The notes beneath the pieces were generated by a model. The model ran no database searches and had not been told where the DNA came from. It saw nothing but the letters and a program-made list of their open reading frames with translations. A stretch of 63,504 nucleotides of DNA, counting the filler, from Welwitschia mirabilis (lineage: Eukaryota), in NCBI GenBank assembly GCA_051453625.1. It is 7 parts of one record of this genome, joined end to end, with 100 filler letters (N's around TTAATTAATTAA, not from the genome) between each part and the next. Parts side by side here need not be neighbours in the genome. Positions count along the whole stretch, not along the records: positions 45,726 to 56,407 come from JBOZIK010000001.1; positions 56,508 to 62,363 come from JBOZIK010000001.1; positions 62,464 to 63,504 come from JBOZIK010000001.1; 4 more parts are not named here. One strand, 5' to 3'. The number at the start of each line of letters is the position of its first letter. Position 1 is the stretch's first letter. Both the position numbers and the translations under genes were made by a program. Positions 53,122 through 63,504 of the stretch are shown one piece after another.

Positions 53122-54119
53122 TATTTCCTTTGTTGTTTTTTAGTACTNNNNNNNNNNNNNNNNNNNNNNNNNNNNNNNNNNNNNNNNNNNNNNNNNNNNN
53201 NNNNNNNNNNNNNNNNNNNNNNNNNNNNNNNNNNNNNNNNNNNNNNNNNNNNNNNNNNNNNNNNNNNNNNNNNNNNNNNNNNNNNNNNNNNNNNNNNNNN
53301 NNNNNNNNNNNNNNNNNNNNNNNNNNNNNNNNNNNNNNNNNNNNNNNNNNNNNNNNNNNNNNNNNNNNNNNNNNNNNNNNNNNNNNNNNNNNNNNNNNNN
53401 NNNNNNNNNNNNNNNNNNNNNNNNNNNNNNNNNNNNNNNNNNNNNNNNNNNNNNNNNNNNNNNNNNNNNNNNNNNNNNNNNNNNNNNNNNNNNNNNNNNN
53501 NNNNNNNNNNNNNNNNNNNNNNNNNNNNNNNNNNNNNNNNNNNNNNNNNNNNNNNNNNNNNNNNNNNNNNNNNNNNNNNNNNNNNNNNNNNNNNNNNNNN
53601 NNNNNNNNNNNNNNNNNNNNNNNCTAGGTGGACATTTAGAGTTTAACAATACTTTTTATATGAGTAATTCAAACAAGAAAGAGGTAAAACTCCAAAGATA
53701 AACTGCAAAATATTTTCTACAGAAGTTAGAATTATTTCTAGTTAAAATTTTAAAAAGCTTCTTAAAGATCCTAGTTTACTAGACTTATTTCCTCTGTTGT
53801 TTTTTAGTACTTATAAAAAAATCATAGAAACATCTTTTGTTGTTTTTTTATAGGTAAAATATTATATTCAATTAAATCACTTATGCAATAATGCTATTTA
53901 TATAATTAAAAAGATTTATATTTTTAATTACATTTTATTTTCTTTGAAAAAAATGCTAGGTGGACAATTAGAGTTTAACAATACTTTTTATATGAGTAAT
54001 TCAAATAAGAAAGAGGTAAAACTCCAAAGATAAACTGCAAAATATTTTCTACAAAAGTTAGAATTATTTCTAGTTAAAATTTTAAAAAACTTCTTAAAGA
54101 TCCTAGTTTACTAGACTTA
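53122..54119. repeat. ~332-bp tandem repeat, probably three units (partly in gap)
   Basis: 53624-53787 is near identical to 53956-54119 (offset 332). 53122-53147 matches 53786-53811 (offset 664 = 2 x 332). Confidence 0.85.
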
Positions 54120-56333
54120 AACAAGGGGTAATTAAAGTTAGCTAGTGAAACTAGTTAACATTTTTAGAATAGTACAGTAACAAAGAAGTTTATTCTTTTT
54201 ATAGAAAATTAACATTTTCACCCCTAATATTATGTTCATCCATTAATAGTATGCCAATTCAGATTTCATTATTTGAAGTAAGAAATATACTTGGGATAGT
54301 GATCCATGGAAAATAACTCTAATAGATACATAAGAATAAGGACACTACCCTATGTCTGAAACATTTCTGACACATCATTGATAAGGATGGAAGGGTTGAT
54401 ATAGATAAGGAAAATGATATTAAGATATTTATCATTTTTACAATAGTTTCTTCTAATATTAACCCAATAATTAACAGAAGGGCATGAGTATGCCAAGGGT
54501 ATATTTAACAAATGCTATCAGAGACCCTTTAAGTGAAAGCATTGATGTAGGATTCAACACTTTCTAATACCATGCAAATTAGTGTCAAGAATTAGGAACA
54601 CCACAAAAATTACAAATATGGAATTGGGATTTTCCTTGCTAATTAGAAGAATTCTTTTAGAAATAAATGTTCTATAATTTTTTTAAGGGAAAGATATATT
54701 TTGAAGATCTTAGTTACTTTCTTATTTGGAGTTTCAGTTTTGATGCCCTTAAGTATTCAAGACATAGAAAAAGCATCATCATCAAGCTAGCCAGTGATAA
54801 ATATTTAGACATAGCCTATAGAGCCTTCTAGAGAGTAGGAAAATATGTTCACTCTATATTAAATAGGGCTAAAAAAACCCAGAATATTTCATGAAGTCAC
54901 TAAAAGAAAATAAGATGGATCCTTTATGTGCTGCAATAAATTCATTATCTATCTTCCTGGTAGAGAAGAACTAATTATAGAAAGAGAACAATAGCTTAAA
55001 GAAGAAATATAAATTTTTTAAAATGAAAAACCAATTTTGTAAAAATAAAATTTATTTTTGATAGAAAAAACATAATTAAGAAAAGGAAGAAAAGTAGTGG
55101 TTAGAGGCGAGATTAATCTCTTATTTTGAATTTTAAAAATTACATAAATCTTTTCTAACCAATGCTTAAGCTTAGTTTAAAGAATTAGAGTAAGAGGTTA
55201 AGGAGAAAAAAGAAAAATTACAGCTTCCTCTAGTTAATAAAAAGCACTTTTTTTTTAGAAATTTTAAAAAGTATGACCCATAGCAAACATTAAAATTCTG
55301 AATATATTGAGATGCAACAAGAGTTCATTACTTTCATGCACAATAACTTCCCTGCCCCTCTTAAGAAGGAATATTCAAAAAGATTTATATGGATTTGGGA
55401 GGAATGCATGAAAAGTATTTGATGATTCAAAAAGAAAATAATAAATTAAAAAAAAAATGGCATAGGCTTTAGAACAGATACAAATCAAGTAAGAGAGGAT
55501 TGAAATGCAAGAGAGAAATATTATTCTTCTTTAAGAAAAGCTAGAATCTACTTCTTTTTCTATGCTTGTTAATTATTTTTTATTACAGTGTTCAATAAAA
55601 TTTTTAAAAAATGAATTAACCTTAATCTCAGAAAGAATTAGGTAGCCTATTTTATACCAAACCTCTTCATTAAATTCAAAGATTATCACGCATTAAATTT
55701 CAGATGCCCTTGAAGAAATATTAGTTCCCCCTAGTCAATTGAATTTAATGGAGTGGGTAAAAGAAGAAAATAATAGATTACCTTATGAAAATAAACTTTT
55801 ATAGGTCTGATGAAGAAAGAAAATAGGGTTTAGAATTAAGGAATTAAGGGTATCATAAATCATACACTTCTACCCCAAAAATCTATATGATTATTTTAAT
55901 GATTGTAAAAGAGCTATATATGCAATCATATAGAAAATAGAAAAGGGATGGAATAGAATAATATAGATATTCAACCAAGTCCTAAATGAGGTAAATACTA
56001 TTAAAAGTAAAGTAAGAAGAGGACATAATCAGAAGATATTAAGCAAGCTCCTCTAAGTCTGTGAGGATTGTGAAAAGGACATTTGTCTTTTTACAATCAC
56101 TAAGCAAGATTTAAAATCTCTAAAAAAATCAAAGAAATTAGCTTTTAAAGAGTATGAGAATGCTTAAAGAAATCTTTATAGAAATTTGCTCCAAGATGAA
56201 AGGAGAAGAATGGATAAAAACTATCCTATTTGAAATCTCTTCTAGATTGAGGAAAGTAAAAAAAACCTCCTCCTACTCAACCTGTGAGGCCTAAGGAGAC
56301 TCCAACTACCAGAAAGGATACACAATGAAAAAG
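53990..56333 (+). pseudogene. Long decayed accessory ORF: N-terminal plant-transposon-protein-like domain (~54170-54680) followed by E/K-rich, coiled-coil-like sequence
   Basis: Manual translation gives KEVYSFYRKLTFSPLILCSSINSMPIQISLFEVRNILGI..G, IFTIVSSNINP, YLTNAIRDPLSESIDVGF and LGFSLLIRRILLEINV. This is the motif order I recall for PF20167 (Transposase_32)/ATHILA ORF-1-like proteins. Confidence 0.55.
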
Positions 56334-56407
56334 TGTTGTGATGCCAACTTAAGTGTATTTGATAGGGTATTTTGAGTTGTTTTGCAGATAAACTAACAGA
56401 TAAATGC
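56334..56407 (+). mobile_element. Start of a family A-related LTR
   Basis: TGTTGTGATGCCAA...TTTGATAGGGTATTTTGAGT..TTTTGCAG. Confidence 0.8.
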
Positions 56408-56507
56408 NNNNNNNNNNNNNNNNNNNNNNNNNNNNNNNNNNNNNNNNNNNNTTAATTAATTAANNNNNNNNNNNNNNNNNNNNNNNNNNNNNNNNNNNNN
56501 NNNNNNN

Positions 56508-59500
56508 CATTTAGCTTTTTAGATGTTGCAAGTTAAATTCGATCTTTAGAATATTGGAATTAGAAGCACAAATACGCATCGCAATAATGATGATACTAAA
56601 GATTAAGTTTTTTAAAATAATAAAGAATAAGATCAAAGGGTAATCAGAAATAAACTCACCTACTCACACCCTAAAACATACCCAAATCCTCAAAAGTAAA
56701 ATGGTCTTATGTGAATACTAAGAGTTTAGGAAATAAGCAATGTCTCCAATAATGATAAGAACACCACTAATCTTATAATCTAAAATTTTTATTACTACTT
56801 TTCATGATAATAGGAGTGCAACCATAATCAAAGAAGTAAGAACTTGTAAAGTATGACCAACTATAACTACTAATACCATTAATGATTCCTTTCACAAAAA
56901 TTTACCTTATTGTAGTATAAGATCATGGTGACAATGTATTTTAGCATAGATATAATAGATCATGGTCTTTGTTCTTTTTTTATTTTTCCTTCTGAAGTAA
57001 TCCCACATGATCACACACTCAAAAAGATAAAGGTAAAGAAGTGAGATAAAAAAATAGACAAAACATAGTTAAACAATTCAAGACCTTATACCATTTAAAA
57101 AAATTATAAGAACCAAGGAATCTTCCTTCAAAATTAAATTCATAGACATGTGAATGTTTTAATGTTGGGTGAATCTAATCTTATCACTATAAAAATTCCT
57201 AAGTATTAATACTATTTATAAAAACTTCATAAAGTAAATACATAAGATAAGTTAACAATGTTCAAGTAACATCATAACATCCACTAAAAAATTAGGCTAA
57301 AAAATAATTTAGATAATAATAGGAAGAAAGTCCTTTCCATTAAGGGTAACTTCTAAAATAATTGTTTTTTTCATGTTTAAGATTCCATTGAAAGGTTTTT
57401 CATATATTTTCAACATTTATTTATTAATATCTAAGCTGTAAATTTTAATAGAGCTATTAGAATGTACTCTCATTATAAGATTAGGACCTAACCATTTATA
57501 GGTCAACTGATTATATAAAAGATGCAATCTAATATTGTATAAAAGAATAATTAATCAAGTTTAAACTTTTTATGAAGTATCTTTCTATAATATTTGAACT
57601 AAGCTTAAGCTTTGTGAATGAGTTAATGAAGTATAAAAAATGTACATTTTTCATCTAAGTAATTAAGTTAGGCTAATATATTTTTAATATTTTTATAAAG
57701 ATCTATAAGATTAAGTTGGTGAGAAGAATAATAAGAGTTATAACACACATCAACTAGTAAGATACAAGATTTTTCATACACAAGTTCATAAGGTAAAAAA
57801 TTAAGATAATTACACTAATTAGTATAGTAAGCCTAAAGAATATAATTAATATTATAAGCCCAAGATATTTTATTAATAGAGATAAGTTTTTTTAGTATTT
57901 TCTCTATTTCTCTATTTGCATTTTTAGCTTGATCAGTAGTTTGTGGATAATAAGAATAAGGTACAGTATGTTCAATTCCAATGGATAAAATAAGTTTCCT
58001 AAAATGTTAATTAATAAAATAAGTTTCTTAATTACTAATAATAATTCTAGGGGGAAAAAATGTTGAAACATATGAGTTCTACCAAAAGTATAAATAGTTT
58101 AGGCATCATTCATAAAAGTGGGAATAGCTTCAACACATTTAGTAATAGAATCAACAACCAAAAAAATGTAGTTCTTATAATTAGAAGTTAGTTTAATAGG
58201 ACCTATAAAATAAATTTCCTAATAATCAAAAGGTTCACATTTAAGAATAGGTTTAAGAAACATCTCATGAGAATAAATAAGGATACCATAATATAGGTAA
58301 GCATCACACCTTCCAGAAAAATCAAAAGAGTCCTAAAAAAGACTATGCCATTAAAAACTAGAGTGAAGAATTTTTATTGTTGTTTTTTGTTCACTAAAAT
58401 GACCTTTACAAATTCAACCATGGTAAAGATGAAGAATATTTGATCTTTTTCCATTTACATACATATTTTCTCATGATTTGGTTTTTGCACCTATGGTAAA
58501 GATGTTGCTCTATTCATTTATAATTATCTATTTCATGGAGAAAGGATTTACTTTGGTTGTTATTCTAATGTGGTGGTGTTTTTATGGTAACAAAATAATT
58601 AACTCTATTATTATACCAAAGAGGAAGATTAGTAGAAGATATAGCAAAAAGTTATTTATCTGGAAAGGAAACATCAATTATAAGATCATTAAGAGAAGAA
58701 AATAGACGTGATAAATGATCTACTATATTATTATGTCTTTTTGGTTTATTAATGATAGTGAGATTGAATTCTTTTATGACAAGGATACATATAATGAGTC
58801 TAGCACTAGAATTATTTTTGGTCATGAGGAATCTAATAGCTACATGATTAGTATAAACATTCATATAAAAGCCAAAAAGTTAGTGCCTAAGCATATAAAG
58901 GCAAAATATTATTGGTCATGAATTCTCTAACATATCAAAAAAGATACCCATCATTGCACATTGAAAAGTACCAAGATCATTACAAATTCAAAAGACATGT
59001 GTCTTAAGGTAAATGTTCTTGATTCTCATTAGCTATTCAAAGTTAATCATAACCACTCTACCTATCAAGAAAGTAATAAAGGCATGTAATTAGATTATAT
59101 CAAGTATTTAATTATGAAAAGGTAAAGGGAAGTGGTTTTTTTTCGTTATTTCGTCTAACTTTATAAAATCAATACACATCCTTCACTTTTCACCTTTATT
59201 AGAAACTACTATTAAAGGCCTAACTCACTCACTATTAGATATGGTATAAATAATTCCAACATTTATTAATTTAATTATTTCATCTTTTATGACTTATTTA
59301 AAGACTAGGCTAAATCTATGTTGAGGTTTTTTAATAAGTTTTGCATTATCCTCAAGGTAGACATTATGCTAAATAAATGAAGTAGGAATGGCTATTAAAT
59401 CTTTGTTATTTAAGCAAANNNNNNNNNNNNNNNNNNNNNNNNNNNNNNNNNNNNNNNCTTATTAAGGATTAAGATTCTCATTTATTATCAATGATTTATT

Positions 59501-62363
59501 CTAATTATTACATAGAAAGATATATCCCAGTCTACTAGGTAAAGATTTTAGATTTAATTTTAGATTTTTCAGTTTCTATCATTTTTATCAAAGTTAACTA
59601 TTATCTCCGGCTTTCATCTGAACAAGTAGAATGGATTACCTTTCTAAAAATATTAAATTTTGGTTGTTTTCAAATGTTAAACTTCTTTATAAATTGTGAT
59701 TTTAGTTGCTTCATTCTCTGGATCAAAACTGTCCATTCCTAAATGCTCATAGTTGAGTTGATCATCATCAAAAGCTTTTAAGTTTTCTACTTTAAGTGGA
59801 TCAGCAAATTAGATAGGCTTATGAAGAATTAACCATCTCTTCTTAAGTGGATAATGTTGTAAAAATAATGTTCACTTAATTTCTTCTTCAATATTTAACT
59901 CATCAACTAGGTCTTTTTTAGTAGCATTAAAAACTCTAATGATAAAATTTTTATTTTTTAATTGATATTACATCATTTCAATTATTGTATTAGTAACATA
60001 ATGGGATAATGTACAAAATTATTTACCTAAAAGTAATGGATAACCTCCATTATGTTCAATTTTAATTACAATAACATCTATTGGATAGAATGCTTTCTCA
60101 ATTTGTATCACTAAATATTTTATTATTTCTAAATATTTCTTCATTGATGTATCTACTAATTCTAAGATAATACAAGTAGGCTAAATTCTACTTTTTAAAC
60201 TAAGTTATTGATAAATGTGTAAAAGCATAACGTTAACACTCACTCTTATATTAATTAAGGATTTCTTTATTCTTCTATTTTCTTCTAAAGTGATACTAAC
60301 TGTTGCTATCTCTAAAACCTTAAATTTTGAACATTTTTGTAGAACTAAGTTGGTTAAAGATTGGTCTTGGAAGACTTTACTAGGTATGGTTCATTTTTGT
60401 TTTCTTCTAATTAGATCTTTTCATCAATTAAAATATTCAGGATTTTCTTATAAGGGTTTTCAAAATGGTAAATTTATGCTCACATCTTAGATTAAGGATT
60501 TAAGATGAACTTTAAAAAAAGTAGGATTGGTATTTAATCTATCAAATCAAGGGTAGTAGGTTTCTTACCTTTATCTTGAGAAGAATTTTTTTGATTAAGC
60601 TTTTCACATAAAGGAGAAGTAAAAGTATGATTTTGTAATATTTTAATATCCTCTTCTTATTTATCATTCTTACCATTTTAGGAAGTTAAGGCCTTATGGG
60701 TAGGAGGTGTTATTTCATTTTCACTTCTAATTACAATCTTACAATCTTTTCTTACTTCACTAGGGTTTGATAAAGGTTGTGTTGTAGGTAATCTTATGGT
60801 AATTGATTTTTAAGCATAGTTTATTGAAAAATATTAATAAGATTTTTAATGTTTGAATTTATATTCTTTTGAGATTTTCTTAATTCATTAATGGAATTTC
60901 AAAATGGATCATTTTAATTTTAATAATTTGATGTACTTGCTTGATAATTTAAGTTACTTGGTTGGAATTTTGAATTATTTGTTTAAAAGCTAGCATTATT
61001 AAATATATTTATAAATGGTTGAAAATTTAAAAAATTTTCTTGAAAGTTATTAAATTTATTTTTCAAAATATTAAAAGTTTGGTTATTCATTCATCCTAGG
61101 TTGAAATTAATTTTGATTTCAGATTTGGTTTTAGATCTAAAGTCTGAATACTTTTGGTTGAATGTACATACCTCTTCATAAATCTTTTCTTTATAAGTTA
61201 GTAATTAAAAATATTCTTTAGTTACGTGATAGCTATTTTCACACAAACCACAAGTTGAAATCATATTGTTTCTAGTTTTTACTTTTTCATTTAGAATTAT
61301 TCAAGTGTATTTTTCTAATATTGTTATGAAATCCTTAATAAAAATTATTGCTTCTTTTTTAATTTTTACTTTCTTCTTTTCTTGTTTCACTTATTTAAGA
61401 TCTTTTATGATTTAGCATATAGTAAGAGCTTTTTTTAGGTGTTGATTTAGGTCATGTTTGGCTTACTTCTACTAGTTTTTCTAATAATCTTCATGCATTT
61501 TCTCATGTGAGATTCATCAAATATCCATTACATAAAAAATCTACAAGTTATTTAGTGTGACTATTAAGTCCACTATAAAAATAATTTACTATTTCTTCTT
61601 AAGTGAATGCATCTATGGGAAAAACTGTATTGCAATAAAAAATAATTTATAAGTAAAGGCATAATCTTAATTAGGTGGTTATTGGAAATTTATTACTTCT
61701 TTCTTTCTTTTTCGTATTTTTGTTTCACACAAATCTTTTTGTAAATGCTTGTTAAACTTGGTTACATCTTTTTAATATTTTATGAAAAATAGTTCTTAAT
61801 TATAATTTTGATTTTTCTTTTCATATTATGAGAAAGATAACCATATAAATATGATCACTATTTTTTTTTTTACTATTTCTAGAAGTAGCACTAATTGTTT
61901 GATGTCAGCTATATGTTGGAGGGGATCTTCATCATTTTCTCTATTAAAAATAAGATAAGCATTTAGATTTCTTAACTTGACATCGTTCCTAGAAGGTTAG
62001 GTCAAAATGATTTTGGATTTTATGCTTTTTATTTACAATTAGTTTTTTCAAAGTAAATTAGAATAAGTGTAGAGCCTTACATATTCTAATAATTAGTTTA
62101 TTTGATACAAATTATGATCCAGATTTGGATTTATAAGAGTCATAGATGTTCTAATCAAGATAGGAAAATTTGACAAAGTAAATTATTTTTATTTTTACAT
62201 GGAATTTCACATTATAATAAAATTATTTTCTTCTAAACTTTCTTTTGAAAAATTTTATTTGAAAAAATTAGATTCATAAATAATAAATGTGGAAAAATCT
62301 TCTTGCTCAATTCTTAGAATATTTTGTGTATCTAAGGTGTGCATACTTGGGCTAAGTTTGTAG
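56508..62363 (-). mobile_element. pol: Old family A element interior: 3' region, INT ~57400-58620, RH C-terminal half, RT N-terminal half, PR ~59940-60330, gag to 62363
   Basis: Colinear with 8500-13260 and the reverse complement of 21320-27300. ORF fragment VYTNHVAIRFLMTK..ARLI.CIL.IKEF..IVDHLSR. Confidence 0.9.
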
Positions 62364-62463
62364 NNNNNNNNNNNNNNNNNNNNNNNNNNNNNNNNNNNNN
62401 NNNNNNNTTAATTAATTAANNNNNNNNNNNNNNNNNNNNNNNNNNNNNNNNNNNNNNNNNNNN

Positions 62464-63504
62464 TTTGAGTTGTAAAATTACTCATGTTGATGGAAGCTTG
62501 AAAGGCAGCAAAGATGCAATGACACTAATGCAAGGTAAGAAAGAAGGGATGTTTTATACATTGAGAGCACATGCAGGTGGAAGATGTGTTGCTGCTGCAA
62601 TTTTAGAGGATGATGTTTCTTTGTGACATCATAGACTTGGTTACCTTAATGAAACTGGAATGAAGGTACTTGTTTCTAAGAACCTATTACCTAAGTTTTC
62701 TTTAATTTCTCTAGATTTCTGTCATGATTGTGCTGTTGGTAAAAATAGGTGTGTTGTTTTTAAGAAATTTGTTTTGAATCAGGCAATAGGAGATCTTGAT
62801 ATGGTGTATTTTGATGTTGTTGGTTCATGTCTGTCACGTCTTTAGGTGGTGCATTATATTTCATTACATTCATTGATAGATTTAGCAAAAAGATGTGGAT
62901 TTATTTTATGCATTCCAAAAGTCAAGCATTAGTAGAGTTTAAGGAGTTTCGAGCTAGAGTGGAAAATGAATCTGGCTGTAAAATAAAGTGTTTTATCACT
63001 GATAATGGAGGTGAATACACCTCCCAAGAGTTTTCTAAATTTTGCAAGCAGGCTGGAATGGTACATACCAAAACACCATTAGGAACACCACAAAATAACA
63101 ATGTTGCAGAAAGATATAATCGTATAGTTCTTGATAGAATTAGATTCATGTTTGCTCAATCTACTGTACCTAAGATGTTTTCAGCAGAGGTTGCTAGAAC
63201 AACTACTTATTTGATCAACTGTTCTCCTCATTCAGCCTTAGATGGTGATATTTCAGAATCTGCCTGGAGTGGGAGTCTTTTTTCTTTGTGCCATCTGGGT
63301 GTGTTTGGATGTGAGGTGTATGTCCATTTGCAGGGTACAGGAAACTAGAAGAATGTGGCAGGAAATGTGTTTTTCTTGGCTACAGGGGAGATGATTTTGG
63401 ATACAGGCTTTGGGATCTTGTGGCACATAGGATTGTTAGATCACATGATGTTGAAGTCATAGAAGATATGATGTTTTACAGGTCACAGGAGAGCATTCAG
63501 AAGA
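62464..63504 (+). pseudogene. pol: Ty1/copia pol fragment: pre-integrase zinc-binding region and integrase core (Tnt1/Tork-like), comparatively intact
   Basis: L*HHRLGYLNETGMKVL, LDFCHDCAVGK, LDMVYFDVVG, frameshift near 62825, then SLGGALYFITFIDRFSKKMWIYFM..TDNGGEY..TPQNNNVAERYNR..VFGCEVYVH. Confidence 0.95.

Larger units (their letters stand above)
15193..62419. other. Six artificial scaffold linkers TTAATTAATTAA inside 100-nt N blocks (15193, 37736, 42219, 45670, 56452, 62408)
   Basis: Identical 12-mer with stops in all six frames, always centred in N runs. Adjacency across these linkers is not guaranteed. Confidence 0.95.

Noticed and set aside
1-63504. Short antisense or off-frame ORFs in the track (for example 4771-5082, 5963-6232, 11316-11588, 14300-14608, 60215-60490) as host genes
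   Set aside because: They lie within LTRs or opposite pol remnants, are not preserved between paralogous copies and show no recognisable domains.

Overview
AT-rich eukaryotic (plant-type) heterochromatic DNA from a fragmented assembly, with many N-gaps and six artificial N-TTAATTAATTAA-N linkers. It is almost entirely a nest of decayed LTR retrotransposons. (i) Several copies of an Athila-lineage Ty3/gypsy family ('A': LTR TGTTGTGATG...CACAACA, tRNA-Asp-type PBS), including a near full-length copy at ~20012-30200. (ii) A second Athila-like family ('D': 30201-36344, 49621-~56333). (iii) A pol-less Athila-like element ('C': 36345-42174). (iv) Sirevirus-like Ty1/copia pieces (3113-4100, 45726-49620). 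(v) A younger copia integrase (62464-63504). (vi) LTR pieces of a Met-tRNA-primed family ('T'). I found no host gene, RNA gene or CRISPR array; all coding regions are pseudogenised, largely by C>T/G>A changes. The most interesting signals are: a ~150-nt GC-rich, apparently structured motif downstream of integrase, conserved across otherwise unalignable families; a possible head-to-head pair of accessory ORFs around a palindrome-rich spacer in family D; family-specific CG-rich palindromes; and tandem PBS/LTR-end units. All alignments and translations were done by eye. Boundaries other than quoted motifs are approximate.
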